A stretch of 64,000 nucleotides of DNA, taken from assembly GCA_963733195.1 (NCBI GenBank), contig CAVTCR010000065.1, positions 78,010 to 142,009 on the forward strand. Direction: 5' to 3'. Numbering within the stretch: position 1 is the first letter of the stretch; every line of letters begins with the position of its first letter. The notes under the pieces are model-generated. The model was not told where the DNA came from, searched no databases, and saw nothing but the letters and a program-made list of their open reading frames with translations. The stretch comes from an uncultured delta proteobacterium (GTDB lineage: Bacteria; Desulfobacterota; Binatia; Bin18). Position numbers and translations under genes: made by a program. Positions 32,914 to 46,593 of this stretch are shown here, one piece after another.

Positions 32914-33966
32914 CTAAAAAATGCGATAAATGTCGGTTGCCTCGGTAAAGTTTTTTAAGTGCTGGCGTCCGACTTTTTCGACCTGATAGCGATTCTCGAG
33001 TCGCTGCACGGTCTCCGGACCGACCAAAATCTGATTGGTTGTTGCCGTTCCCGCGAGCCGGGCAGCCAGGTTTGTTACTGGGCCGCTCGCAGTGAAAGTC
33101 CAACGCGTACTGTGGAGCCCTTCGAAGCGTACAGAGCCGACCAAGGCGACGCCGGAGTTGATTCCCATGTGAATGGACAATGGCGGTTCACCGCTCGTCT
33201 GGTTCAAGACTGCGGTGGTCGCGAGCAGTGCAATCGCGGTCTCTACTGCCTTCTGTGAATGCAGACGGTGATCTGCAGCCTGGAAGATTGCCATAAAGCC
33301 GTCGCCAGCCGTTTCATTGATGTCACCTCCGGCTTCTTGGATATCGTCCAGGAACGCCGAAAAATAACGTTCTACTAATCGGTTCAGGGTGTTCGGAGGC
33401 AACTGTTCACTCAGGTGCGTATAATCACTGATATCGACAAACAGGACCGATACGTCGTATTCGTGCAAGGCAAGATCTGGTACTTGTGGGTTGGCGATGA
33501 CCAGACGTTTCACCATCTCTGGCACGAACTTAGCGAAGTGGTCTTTGATGCAGTGCAGCTCACCAACTTTGTTCTCCACCGCTCGCTTCCATCTCACGGC
33601 TGTTTGAATCCTGGCTTGTAACTCTCGGGGGTTCACTGGTTTGGTGAGGAAATCATCGGCTCCAGCCTCGATTCCCTGGATGCGGTCTTCCGGTGCGCCT
33701 AGGGCAGTCATCATCACAACCGGGATAAGCTGGGTTTCCACCTGCTCCTTCAAGCGGCGGCAGACGGTAAACCCATCCATGCCGGGCATCATGACGTCCA
33801 ACAGAATCAGGTCAGGAGTTTCAGATGCGACCTTTGCTAACGCTTCTTCCCCGCTTTTTGCACTTACTGTTTGATATCCTAGATCTTCTAGCTCCTGTTC
33901 CAGATAGTCGACGTTCAAAGGCACGTCATCGACGATCAGGATTTTAGGCGGCAGATTCATGTTCAT
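32914..33966 (-). CDS. Response regulator receiver + class III adenylate/guanylate cyclase
   Basis: ILIVDD, LLDVMMPGMDG, FLTKP; VLFVDIS, AGDGFMA, GPVTNLAARL. Confidence 0.92.
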   Translation of the reverse strand: MNMNLPPKILIVDDVPLNVDYLEQELEDLGYQTVSAKSGEEALAKVASETPDLILLDVMMPGMDGFTVCRRLKEQVETQLIPVVMMTALGAPEDRIQGIEAGADDFLTKPVNPRELQARIQTAVRWKRAVENKVGELHCIKDHFAKFVPEMVKRLVIANPQVPDLALHEYDVSVLFVDISDYTHLSEQLPPNTLNRLVERYFSAFLDDIQEAGGDINETAGDGFMAIFQAADHRLHSQKAVETAIALLATTAVLNQTSGEPPLSIHMGINSGVALVGSVRFEGLHSTRWTFTASGPVTNLAARLAGTATTNQILVGPETVQRLENRYQVEKVGRQHLKNFTEATDIYRIF

Positions 33967-33976
33967 ATAAATCAGG

Positions 33977-34015
33977 CGTAAAAAGAGAGAGAACAAAATG
34001 TTCATGGAGTGAACA
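33977..34015 (-). promoter_or_regulatory. Conserved upstream motif, copy 3
   Basis: Plus strand CGTAA-aaagagag-AGAACA-aaa-TGTTCA-tggag-TGAACA. Confidence 0.65.
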
Positions 34016-34172
34016 ACGGAGGGAAGCACTCAGCCGTCAGCTTTCAGCTTTTACTGGAGTCTTGAGGTCCGCCTCTTTTGGCTGACCACTGACTGCTGAT
34101 CACTGAGTACTTCTTCTGCTGGCTGGCTGCTGAGAGCTAATAGCTGAATGCTTGCTTGGAGGGCAGAAGAAT

Positions 34173-34547
34173 CTAGGGACCGGGGCGTACCCCAAGATAC
34201 TGGGCCAGTTTCTGAAACAACAGTTCTTCATCGAGTGGTTTACTGAGGTAGTCATCACAACCAGCCTGTCGGGCTTTTTCCTCATCCCCGCGCATGGCGT
34301 GGGAAGACAGAGCAATAATCGGAATACGCTGGAGCGTGGCATTGGCTTTGATACGGCGAGTGGCTTCCCATCCATCGATCCCAGGTAATGAGAGATCCAT
34401 GATAATCAGATCCGGCTGTTCACGTTCGGTTGTCGCGATTCCAGTTGCACCATCAGGGGCGGTGAGAACTTTGTAGGTGTCCTCTAGAAGTTGAACGAGC
34501 AGGTCACGGTTGAAGTCGATGTCTTCGACAATCAGGATGCGTTTCAT
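34173..34547 (-). CDS. Single-domain response regulator (DivK/CheY-like)
   Basis: ILIVED, IMDLSLP..DGWEA, AGCDDYLSKP. Confidence 0.93.
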   Translation of the reverse strand: MKRILIVEDIDFNRDLLVQLLEDTYKVLTAPDGATGIATTEREQPDLIIMDLSLPGIDGWEATRRIKANATLQRIPIIALSSHAMRGDEEKARQAGCDDYLSKPLDEELLFQKLAQYLGVRPGP

Positions 34548-37500
34548 GTGTTTCCACTTTCTGCTGATAGCGATTGTTGCTTGTGATAGACGACTGGAAC
34601 GGTAACCGTAAACGTTGAACCCTTGCCAAGATCACTCTCGACTGCAATTGATCCGCCTAACAACTCGGCCCACCGTTTAGCAATTGGCAATCCCAGCCCC
34701 GTGCCTTGGCGTCCCTGCGCCTCCTGGGGTAACTGTTTGAACTCTTCGAAGATATCCTCAAGGGCCTCAGCGGCGATGCCCACCCCGGTGTCAGCAACAG
34801 CAATCACGAGTCGTGCTTCGCCTCGCGCCCACTCTACTTGGCGCGCACGAACCACCACTTCGCCAGCTTCGGTAAACTTAATCGCGTTGCTCAAGAGATT
34901 GAGCACGATCTGTCGCAGTCCGTCTTCGTCTGTATACGCTTGCCTGACCTCGTCGGAAACCTCATGCCGCAGTTGTACCCCCGGTTTGACTAGGGGAACC
35001 ACGGTATCACAGCACGTCTGAATAAATCGCTCGATAGCGAAATCGATCGGACGCACCTCCATCCGCCCCGCTTCGATCTTCGAGAGATCAAGAAGATCGT
35101 TGATAAGATTGAGCAGGTGGTCGGCGCTCTCTTTGACTTTGACCAGATTGTCCCGCTGACGCTCTGGGAGTACATCTCCGGTCCGCCGCAAGACGAGGCG
35201 AGTGAAACCAATAATGGCATTCATCGGCGTGCGTAGCTGGTGCGACATCCCAGCCAGGAACTGTGATTTCCGTCGGGTCACTTCCATGACCTGCTGATTG
35301 GCCATCTCCAGTTCCCAGTTCTTCTCCTCTAACGCCCGTGTCCGTTCTTCGACCTTCTGTTCCAGGGTCTTACTGTAATCTGCTAACTGCGTGTTAGTCT
35401 CTTCGAGACTTCCGTACAGACGGGCATTCTCGATCGCAATCGCTGCCTCAGCACCTAACAGGTGCAAAACCTCCAACCGATCAGGGGTAAAAGCTCCCGT
35501 GGTCAGATTGTTCTCCAGATACAGAAGGCCGGTGAGTTTGCCCTGTGCAACAAGGGGCGTGCATAAGATAGATTTTGGTTGTACTGCACTAATGTACGGA
35601 TCAGTTGCGAATCTTGCTTCCTTTGTTGCATCAGTCAAGACAACCTGCTCCTTCATTCTTTCGACGTAGCGGAGAATGGCAAGCGGCAAGTCATTCTGCG
35701 TTTCCACTGGAACAGATTGCAGGGTTTGTACTTCGCTGCGTTCAATCGCCTTTTCGGCTTCGATGACCAAATGTCCATCTTTTTCGAGGATAAGAACGCC
35801 TCTTTGCGCCCCCGCATTTTCAATCATGAGGGCCATCAATTTAGTGAGGAGTTTATCCAGGTGAATCTCGCTCGAAATAGCCTGCGAGGCGTGAAGGATA
35901 CTGGTGAAGTCGAAAGCGTTTGACAGCCGTTGCTCAGTACTGGCAGTAAACATGCCCCCTCCAGATTGAGAAAAACTAGGGCTAGTGTGAGCAAGAAGTT
36001 GAGGATAGCGGGTTTCTAAGTCTTTAACCTTTGCTAACGCACCCCAGCGCACATAGGCATAGTGAGCATCTCGCAGATAGTGTTGCGCAAGTCGGACTGG
36101 CCTCTGGCCAGATAAAATTTGCCGCCAGTTCATTGGCTAAGGCTTCTTCGTTGACATATTCATGTCTTGCGCCAGATCGATGGCTTGGTCGTAGTATTCT
36201 CTGGCATCGCGATCATTCCCCAACACCCGCGCACGTTCCGCTTCCACCAGATAGAATTTATGCAGATAAGTTCATCGGGGCGTGCTGCGCCCAGAGCTTC
36301 ATCTTTTCCTGGTTGGCCGCAACCTTTTCAAGGATGCTTTTCTGTTCAGACTCCTGGTGTCGGGAAATATGGCCAGCCTGGCCAGGGAATCGTACAAGTG
36401 AAAGGCGGGAACAGCCGCGGTTCCGACTAAACTATCCAAATACTTTTCTGCTACGGCCGCATGTTCAATGGCTTGGGCGTATTCTTGAAACAGATGACAG
36501 AGGACGAGTTTGGTAGATATATGTGGCAAATGGTATTCTCATCGTTAGCTTTAAGTCGAAGAGGTAGATGTAGTCTCCTCGTCGTAGCTTTCACCGATTA
36601 ATTGGCATGGATTTTTAGCTCGCCCCAGCAAATTTAGGAAAACTTGCCTATATAATTCATTGAGATTCAGAGCATGACCTTGCTTGAGTTGGCGTATAGC
36701 ATCATTGTATTTTGTCATCTCCTGTTCTAGCCCGGTCAGTCCATGCCCATCCAAAATGCCTGAAAACCGTAGCCTTGCAAGTTGAAGGCGGCAAAAATCA
36801 GATCGCCGGTTTCCAGCCCTATTTGATATCCTTCCAGAAAAGGTGGAAGCGTTTCTTTAATATGTTCCTTCCAGTGCCGGATGAAGGCATTCACCATGTA
36901 GGTGACACTCGATTTGAGCCCCCGTGCGTTGAGCCGTTCTACCAGGTTCAATGCTAAGGTGCCGAACTGATAGCCAGCATCGATATCTCCTACTGCTCCA
37001 CAGAGAATAATCCCATACGTGGCATATGCTTGGGCCGAAAGAGGTATATTGCCACGTTGCGCCGACAAATTAACCATACGAAACACAATGAGGGGAAAGA
37101 GCTTAGGGAACGCTACATACGAAGGATGCAGCGTAGCTGAGAGAATGCGCATTTTGGCTATTGCATACGGATCCGTCATGGCTGGCAGATGAAGAAGCTC
37201 TTCGACGCACTTGCCGGCCAGAACTTGCCTTGTCTCTTCGAGACCGCGCAAAATATCTGCCTGGCTCGGCTCCTCAGGGAGCCGCTCCCCTAATAGCTCC
37301 AGAACCTGGAGGCCTGTCTTCAATCCTTCCAAAGATTGCTCTGGGCGGAAGAGGCATGGAGCATCACTTCATAGGCTCTGACTCTATCTAACGGAGCTTT
37401 CGCCCATCGCAGCACGAGTGCGGTCAAGTGCTCCATCTGCTGAAAGTCGCCGCTGAGATAGGCGGCTTCTGCGGCCTCGACATGAAGCGTTAACGCTAGT

Positions 37501-39866
37501 TCATACTGTTGCTCCCAAGCGTCTTCCGGTAACAACTCCAGACCAGATTGGAAATACCTGAAGGCGGGCTCGTAGGCTGCTGCCGCTTTTGCTTTCTTCC
37601 CAGCCGTCAAGTTTAAGGCCGCCAGTTCATTTTGCTGCCAGGGGTGTCGTATCGACTCTCTCCCTGAGTTCAGATGGTTAGCAATCAGAAAAATCTTTGC
37701 CTCCTGCTCGTCTTGTGAAGTTCGGCGCAAGAGCAGTTGCCCACCTGCCAGTGAACCGCTTGCTTATCCGCTGAGGGAATGAGGGAATACACTGCTTGCT
37801 GAATACGGTCATGGGCAAACTTGTACTCCACCGAGACTTCATCAAAGAGCCCCTGTACGTCAAGGCCTGCCAATGTGTACGCATCACCAAGAGGGAGAAC
37901 GAACCCGTCTGCGAGGGCTGGCCACAGCTCCGTGGCGGTCTCCGAGAACGACTTTTCATAGACAGTGGCGAGGGTGCGCAGATCGAACTGGTTGCCTAGG
38001 CATGCCGCCAGCTTCAGTACCTCTTGCGTCTCTACGCCGAGTTTTTGTACCTTGCCAACCATCAATTCGACGACATTGTCGGTGATATTCTGTGCACGAA
38101 TGTGCGCCACATCCCACTGCCACTCACGCCTCTGGGTATCGAAGGCGAGGAGTTCCGCTGTGGAAAGCGATTTGAGAAACTCAGCGACGAAGAAGGGATT
38201 CCCAGCAGTTTTGGCCAGCACCAGTTCCGCCAATGGTGTAGCCTTTTCTGGCGGACAGGTCAGGGTGTCAGCAATGAACTGCTGGAGGTGCGGGAGGTCT
38301 AACGGGCCTAGGGCAATATGATTGACCATTCCTCCCTCTTTGCGAATGTCGTTCACCGTCAACTGTACTGGGTGGGCTTCTGTCACCTCGTTATCGCGGT
38401 AGGCGCAGATGACAAAGAGATAGGAATTCTCCGCGTGCGGTCAGCAAAAGTTGCAAGAGGTGTAACGACGCACTGTCAGCCCACTGCAGATCGTCGAGAA
38501 AAAGGATCAACGGCCGGTCAGGTCCGGTAAACACGCGGACAAAATTCTGGAAGGCCAGGTGCAAGCGATTTTGCGCTTCTGCTGGTGGGCGGGGGGAATC
38601 GCAGGCTGTGGCCCAACAATCAGTTCAACTTCAGGGATGACATCAATTACAACCTGGAGGTTAGGCCCAAGGGCGACAATCAAGGCATTTTTCCAAGCAG
38701 TGATCTGCTCCTCACTTTCTGTTAGGATCTGTTGGACCAGAGCGCGAAAGGCTTGGGCCAAAGCGGCGTACGGAATGTTTCTCTGGAATTGATCAAATTT
38801 CCCCGCAATGAAATATCCACGTTGCTGTGCCATGGGTCGGTACACTTCCCGCACTAGGGCGGTTTTGCCGACACCCGCAGAACCGGACACCAACATAAGC
38901 TCACGAGCGCCCTGGCTGACGCGGGTAAACGCTCTCACTAAGGTATCGATATCTTGCTCGCGCCCGTACAGCCTTTGCGGAATCTGGAGTTGCGCTCTTA
39001 CTTCCTGCTGACCAAGCGAGAAAGCAACAATCTCTCCTGTCGTTTGCCATTGCCGCAGGCATTCCTGCAAATCGGCAATGAGTCCAGGGGCCGATTGATA
39101 CCGATCCTCAGCATTCTTCGCTAACAGCTTCATCACAACCGCAGAGAGAGGAAGGGGAATCTCTGGTACCAATTCATGCGGTGGGGGTGGCTGCTGCGCA
39201 ATATGCGCATGGACAAGGGCAAGTGCATCCGTCCCGAGAAAAGGCACGCGACCGGTCAGTAACTCATAGAGTGTGACACCTAGCGAGTAGAAGTCAGTAC
39301 GATAATCCACCACGCGATTCATGCGTCCAGTTTGCTCTGGCGACATGTAGGCAAGCGTTCCTTCTAAACCAGTAGGGTGTTGGAAAGGGGAATTTTCGCG
39401 ACTGAGCTGCGTAGCAATGCCGAAGTCGATCAACTTGAGCTGCCCCGTTTGCAGATTTAGCACGAAATTCGTAGGATTCACGTCTTTGTGGATCACCTGC
39501 TGCTGGTGCACTTGCTCAACAATATCGATAAGCTGGATTGCTAGAGGCAGGAGCGTCGTGAGGGGAACTCGACCATTCCGTAGAAGCTGCACCAGCGACT
39601 CGCCGCCGAAATCTTCTAATACCATGACTGGACGATGCTGGTCAGCGGTGAGCTCGTAGGCGCGAATGACTCCTGGCAGTTGGAGGCTGCAGAGCAACTG
39701 GTATTCGCGCCGAAAAGCGGCGAGCTTTCGTGGCGAGGGGTATTCTTCTCTAAGCGTTTTGAGAATGACAAACTGCGGCTCTGCTTCCTTGCGCACGGTA
39801 GATGAGCGAGAAGCGACTCTCATAGATTTTTTCCTTAACCTGACAAACCGCAATAGTCGTGATCAT
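34544..39866 (-). CDS. Ser/Thr kinase + AAA ATPase + TPR + GAF + histidine kinase, copy B (frameshifted)
   Basis: [65 protein letters not shown]. Confidence 0.9.
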
Positions 39867-39949
39867 TGTTGGGATCTCGCGCCTGTTGCAATCCTATGCT
39901 CGACGAAGCGACATGGTCTGATGACCTTATAAACCGTTACTATTCACTC

Positions 39950-40085
39950 TACAAACAATATATTAAAGCTCGACGCGGTCTATCAGTTGCGTTGCGCTTC
40001 GGCCCGGCCTTATGCAGCGTGCGACAGTGGTGCACAATCACCTCACCGGCCAAGACCGGACACGCAACAGCTGAGTCTCCACCCC
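39950..40085 (-). pseudogene. Degenerate 3' remnant of a PhyH dioxygenase
   Basis: Translates to SAVACPVLAGEVIVHHCRTLHKAGPKRNATDRPRRAL, homologous to 45864-46010. Confidence 0.8.
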
Positions 40086-40161
40086 CCGCCGTTCGTGCGC
40101 ATGGCGCACGCTACGAGGGACAGGCCAATGGAGCACCTGTACGAATCTCGTGTGGTCTGAT

Positions 40162-40537
40162 TTAGGGACCGGGACTCGCCCCGAGAAACTGGGTCAGTTT
40201 CTCGAACAACAGTTCTTCGTCGAGTGGTTTACTGAGGTAGTCATCGCAACCGGCCTGTCGGGCTTTTTCCTCGTCCCCCCGCATCGCATGTGAGGACAGG
40301 GCGATAATCGGGATATGCTGTAGCGTCGGGTCGGCTTTGATCCGGCGGGTGGCTTCCCAGCCATCGAGAACTGGCAATGAGAGGTCCATGATAATCAGGT
40401 CCGGGATGTTCACGTTCGGCTGACGTGATCCCGGCTGCTCCATCATTAGCAGTGAGGACTTCGTAGTTATCCTCTAAAAGCTGCACCAGGAGGTCCCGAT
40501 TAAAATCTACGTCTTCGACAATCAGAATCCGTTTCAT
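40162..40537 (-). CDS. Single-domain response regulator, paralog of 34173-34547 (one frameshift)
   Basis: [17 protein letters not shown]... IMDLSLPVLDGWEA...AGCDDYLSKP. Confidence 0.9.
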
Positions 40538-43500
40538 TAGTCCGCACTTTCTGCACAGCGATTTCTTGCGGCTTTCGGTAGACGAGCGGAATCGTAACGG
40601 TAAATGTCGAACCTTTTCCAGGCTCACTCTCTACCGTAATTGATCCGCCCAGCAGTACAGCCCACCGTTTGGCAATCGGCAATCCCAGCCCCGTGCCTTG
40701 GCGTTCCTGCGCATCCCGGGGTAATTGTTTGAACTCTTCGAAGATATCCTCAAGAGCCTCGGCGGCGATGCCGACCCCGGTGTCGGCAACGGCAATCACG
40801 AGCCTTGCTTCGCCGCGCGCCTGCTCTACTTGCCGCGCACGAACCACCACCTCGCCAGCTTCGGTAAACTTAATCGCGTTGCTCAAGAGGTTGAGCACGA
40901 TCTGTCGGAGTCCGTCTTCGTCCGTATATGCTTCCCTGACCTCGTCGGAAACCTCATGCCGCAGTTGCACCCCCGACCCGACAAGGGGAGACACCGTCTC
41001 ACAACATGTCTGAATGAAGCGGTTGACATCGAAAGATTCAGGACGCACCTCCATCCGCCCCGCTTCGATCTTCGAGAGATCCAGAAGATCGTTGATAAGA
41101 TTGAGCAGGTGGTCGGCGCTCTCTTTGACTTTGACCAGATTGTCCCGCTGACGCTCTGGGAGCACATCTCCGGTCCGCCGCAAGACGAGGCGAGTGAAAC
41201 CGATAATGGCATTCATCGGCGTGCGTAGCTGGTGCGACATCCCAGCCAGGAACTGCGATTTCCGTCGGGTCACTTCCATGACCTGCTGATTGGCCATCTC
41301 CAGTTCCCAGTTCTTCTCCTCCAACGCCCGTGTCCGTTCTTCGACCTTCTGTTCCAGGGTCTTACTGTAATCTGCTAACTGCGCGTTAGTCTCTTCGAGA
41401 CTTCCGTACAGACGGGCATTCTCGATCGCAATCGCTGCCTCAGCACCTAACAGGTGCAAAACTTCCAACCGATCAGGGGTAAAAGCTCCCGTGGTCAGAT
41501 TGTTCTCCAGATACAGAAGGCCGGTGAGTTTGCCCTGTGCGATAAGGGGCGTGCATAAGATAGATTTTGGTTGTACCGCACTAATGTACGGATCAGTTGC
41601 GAATCTTGCTTCCTTTGTTGCATCAGTCAAGACAACCTGCTCCTTCATTCTTTCGACGTAACGAAGAATGGCAAGCGGCAAGTCGTTCTGCGTTTCCACT
41701 GGAACAGATTGCAGGGTTTGTACTTCGCTGCGGTCAATCGCCTTTTCGGCTTCGATGACCAACTGTCCATCTTTTTCGAGGATAAGAACACCTCTTTGCG
41801 CCCCCGCATTTTCAATCATGAGGGTCATCAATTTAGTAAGAAGTTTATCCAGGTGGATCTCACTCGAAATAGCCTGCGAGGCGTGAAGGATACTGGTGAA
41901 GTCGAAAGCGTTTGACAGCCGTTGCTCGGTACTTGTAGTAAACATGCCCCCTCCAGATTGAGAAAAACTTGGGCTACTGTGAGCAAGAAATTGCGGATAG
42001 CGGGTCTCTAAGTCTTTGACCTTCGCCAGCGCTCCCCAGCGCATGTAGGCATAACGAGCATCGTGCAGATAATGCTGGGCAATCGGCTCTTGGCCTCTGG
42101 CCAGATAAAATTTGCCGCCAGTTCATTGGCCAAGGCTTCTTCGTTAACGTACTCATGTTTCTTGCGCCAGATCGATGGCTTGGTCATAGTATTCTCTGGC
42201 ATCCCGTCATTGCCCAAGACCCGTGCACGTTCGGCTTCCACCAGATAGAATTTATGCAGAAAGTTCATCGGGGCGTGCTGCGCCCAGTTCTTCATTTTCT
42301 CCTGATCAGCAGTGACCTGTGTGAGAACGTCTCTTGTCGGATACCGGAAGGTCAGACAATATGGCCAATCTCGCTAAAGAACTATGAAATAGAGACGGGA
42401 ACGTATGGCCGTCCCCGGCACTCCCTCTAAATAATTTTCTGCTTTATCGGCATGGGCAATGCTTGAGGAAATCGTGAAACATATAACACAGCATCAATTT
42501 GTGGAGTAAATTAGGGATAGCGCATTCCTGTTATTTGCTTCACAGAAGAAGTGGAAGTTTCGTTTCCTCATTGTAGTTGTCGCCGATCAATCGACAGGAG
42601 TCTGAGACAGGGGTGGTAAATTCAAGACAATTTGATGGTGCAGGGAAATTAAATTAGAGACAGTTTCCTGCTTCAGTTGATCCGCAATCTCACTGTATTT
42701 CGATATGCTATGTTCTAGCTCTGCCAATTTCTCACCGCTCCAATACGCCTTGAAAGCAATAGTCGAACGCCGCCTGGGTCCAATACTTACATCCCCTGTC
42801 TCTAAAGCAATTCTGTATGCCTCGAGTGAAGGTTTTAAGGTATCTCTAACATGTCTTTCCAAAGTCTGACAAACCCGTTGACCATAAATATAGCACTCGC
42901 TTGGATCTCTTTGGCATTGAATCGCTCCCCAAGGGTCAAAGCGAGTTGACCAAACGATAGCCGTGTCAATATCTCCCAGCGATCGTAGATAAAATAAACC
43001 CGTAAGAAGCATACGCTCGGGCCGAATGGGTGTATTGCCATACCACCGATAATTTGACTACGTACACACAATGAGGGGAAAGAGATCAGGCGCGCCAATG
43101 TAGGCGGGGTGAAACAGTCGCATCAGGATCTTCATTGCTGCCAATTGATAGGGATCTGTCATCTCGGGTAGATTGAATAGGTCTTCGATTTTTTTCCGAC
43201 CAAAGCTCGCTGTGTTTCCTCCAACCTTGAAAATATCTTCTTGGCTCGGTTTTTCAGGAAGCTGTATCCCCAACAATTCCAAGACCTGTAGACCGACTCT
43301 AATTCCCTCTTGTTTATCCTGTATAGCATAAGTGGCATAGACGTATCTCGTACACTTTCACTTTGTCGAGCAGAGTTTTGGCTTGTTGCAGGACAACATC
43401 AGTCAATCGCTCCATCTGCTCATAGTCGCCGACAAGGTAGGCTGCTTCCGCCGCCTCGGTATGAAGTGCCAGGGCCAGGTCGTACTGTCGCTCCCAGGTA

Positions 43501-45827
43501 TCTTCCCCTAACAGACTCAAGCCAACCTGGAGATAATCGAGGGCCGGCCCATATGCCGCTTCTGCCTTTGCCTTTCTGCCGGCTATGAGATTGAGCTCTG
43601 CTAACTCATCCTGCCTTGCCTGTTGGCGAGCCAATCGCGTCCCAGATTGAGATGGTTAACAATAGCAAAGATCTTTTGCTCGCGATCGTCTGCTACACAT
43701 TCTGCAGGAGCAGTTGACCTATTTGCCAGTGTACACCCTGTTTGTCCGCGTCGGGAACAAGGGAATAGGCGGCGTGTTGGATTCGGTCATGGGAAAACTG
43801 GTACTCAACCGTCACTTTCTCCGCCAACCCTTGAACATCGAGATTCATGAGCATGTAGGCACTCCCCAGAGGCGAGACCAAACCTTCTTCCATCGCATCC
43901 CACAAATCAGCCGCGGTTTCTCTAGCAGAATGCTCATACACGATTGCGAGCGTTTGCAGGTCAAACTGATTACCCATACACGCTGCTAACTTCAAGAACT
44001 GTTGTGTTTGCTGCCGAGCTTTTGCATCTTTCCGCCATTAGTTCGACGACATTATCGGTTATATGTTGCGCCCGAATATGCGCGAAGTCCCACCGCCACT
44101 CACGCTGGAAATCGAACGTCAATAGCCCCTCAGTGTAAAGCGATTTCAAGAACGCATGACAAAAAAAGGATTCCCGTCGGTCTTGGCGAGCACCAATTCT
44201 GCCAACGGACGGCCTCCTCTTTGGTGCACTTGAGTGAGTCAGCAATCAACTGACACACGTCAGGAATCCAGCGGTTGCAGAACAATATGATTCACAACCT
44301 GCCCGCCTTTCTGAATCTCGTCGAGCGTAATTTCAACGGATGGGCTTCGTCACTTCGTTATCCCGATACGCACCGATAACAAACAGATAATGGTTTTCCG
44401 GCGCAGTCATAAAGGGTCGAAGCAGATTCAGCGAAGCAGAGTCGGCCCATTGCAAATCGTCGAGGAAGAGTACAAACGGACGTTCGTCCTGTAAACACGC
44501 GAATGAAGTTCTGGAACACCAGGGTAAAGCGATTTTGCGCCTCTGCCGGAGGAAGGCGGCACGGCCGGCTGCGGGCCAACAATCAGTGCGATTTCAGGAA
44601 CGAGGCCAACCATAACCTGACGATTCGGTCCGAGTGCGGCGAGCAGTTTCTCTCGCCACGCGGCAATCTGACTCGCTTTCTGTTAATAGCTGCCGCATCA
44701 GAGACCGAAAGGCCTGCGTTAACGGTGCATAAGGAATTTCTTGTGGAATTGATCGAATTTGCCTGTGATAAAGTACCCTCGCTGTCGTGTAATTGGCTTA
44801 TAGACTTCCTGCACCAAGGTGGATTTGCCAATGCCAGCGTGTCCGGAAACAAGCATCATTTCGCCGGCTCCCTGGCTGACGCGCGCAAAAGCGGTCAGGA
44901 GTGTCTAATATCTCGTTCGCGTCCGTACAGCTTTTGCGGGATACGAAATTGGTCCGCACGTCCTGCCCGCCAAGCGGAAAGAGATCAATCGCCCTCTCGC
45001 TTGCCGTTGCCGATGCATTCCTCTAGGTCTGCCTTCAGGCCATACGCCGACTGGTAGCGATCTTCGGCATTCTTCGCCATCAGTTTCATCACGATAGCGG
45101 AGAGAAGCTTGAGGAATGTCAGGGAGGAGCTCGTGGGGTGCACGAGGTTGCTTGGCGAGATGGGCGTGCATGAGTTCCAATGCATCGACGGTCGGAAAGG
45201 GTAATTGTCCTGTCAGCAATTCATAGAAACTGACACCGAGCGAATATAAATCGGTCCGATAGTCCATGGTCCGGTTCATACGCCCGGTTTGCTCCGGCGA
45301 GATGTATGCTAACGTTCCTTCCCCTACCGTCGGGTTACGCACGATCTGGATTTTCGCGTGACAGGACTGTGGCAATACCAAAGTCGATCAGTTTGACTTG
45401 GTCCGTTTGCGGATTCCACACGATATTGGAGGGATTCACATCTTATGCATCACATGCTGCTGATGCACGTGGCTCAAAATGTCAGCGATCTGAATGGCCA
45501 GCGGGAAGAAACTCGGCTGGCAGGGAATCGTCTTTGTCTCTTCTTCAGATGCAGTTCGAGCGACTCACCGCCAAAATCCTCTAGCACCATGACGGGACGG
45601 TGCTGATCAGTTGTCAGGCTATAGGCGTTGATGACCCCTTCCAGTCGAAAGCTCCGGGTCAGTTCGTACTCCCGTCTGAACCAGGCAACTTTTTCCGGCG
45701 GAGGGTAGGGCTGTTTCAGGATTTTAAGGATGACGGACTGCTCTTCCTCCTCCCGACGACCGCGATAGATGAGCGAGTGTTCACTCTCATAGATCTGTTC
45801 CTGAACATGGTAGCCTGCGATAAGCAT
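40537..45827 (-). CDS. Ser/Thr kinase + AAA ATPase + TPR + GAF + histidine kinase, copy A (heavily frameshifted)
   Basis: Kinase motifs ([17 protein letters not shown]), FSHDRIQ, and a GAF/HK C-terminus nearly identical to copy B. Confidence 0.88.
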
Positions 45828-45863
45828 GGGTATCTCTCGGACCCTCGACTGGCTGCGATCTTT

Positions 45864-46545
45864 CTAGCAGTCTCCTATCACTTGACAGACGACCACTAAT
45901 GCTCGACGAGGCTTATCAGTCTTATTAGGCCCGGCAGAATGTAAGGTGCGACAGTGATGAACGATAGCCTCGCCAGCCGCCACCGGACAGGCGACAGCTT
46001 CCGAGAATTCGACATTCTCTGCCACAAGATGATCATCATGGGGATGATGCGGGAGGACGTCTCCCAAATGCGAGCGCCCTATGTAAGAGAGACAACCTAC
46101 TTTCGGACGTTGCAGGGTCTAATGGCATCCATACACTAGCGCCGTGATACGGAGGTGGACGATACGCGGCGTCTTGGTGCCAGGGAGTCTCACTGCCGTG
46201 GGCTGGTTTGCAGAATATGCGCCATCCATTGAGAAGGTGTGTTTCCTCGACGTCGAGAAGACGTGCAACCGCCTTGCGTGCGTTCCGCAAGAAGAGCGTA
46301 CTTTTCAATGCAGGAACCACTCCTTCGGGTGACAGAATTGCTACCAAGGCAGGAGGTGGGTGTCCACCAAGCAAAAGAGTTAACTCCTCCGGAGTATACC
46401 CTTTCCTCTGCTTGCAAATCATATCGTAGGCATCTTTAAGCCACGCAAGTTCCTGGTCAGTGGTGACGCGACCGAGGTTGAGGAATCCCTGTTCTTGGAA
46501 ACAACGGACGTGTTCATCTCTTAAGTCAATACAGGCGTCTTCCAT
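45864..46545 (-). CDS. PhyH-family Fe(II)/2-oxoglutarate dioxygenase (one frameshift)
   Basis: KPAHGSETPWHQDAAY (HxD), VWMPLD, HHCRTLHSAGPN..PRRA. Confidence 0.88.
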
Positions 46546-46593
46546 GTTCCGTCGTCTCCTTATTCCTGTGGGCTAAGGTCTGCATGTGAACGA

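Noticed and set aside
34544-45827. Diversity-generating retroelement template/variable repeat pair
   Set aside because: No reverse transcriptase; the duplicated segments are kb-scale and the differences are not adenine-specific
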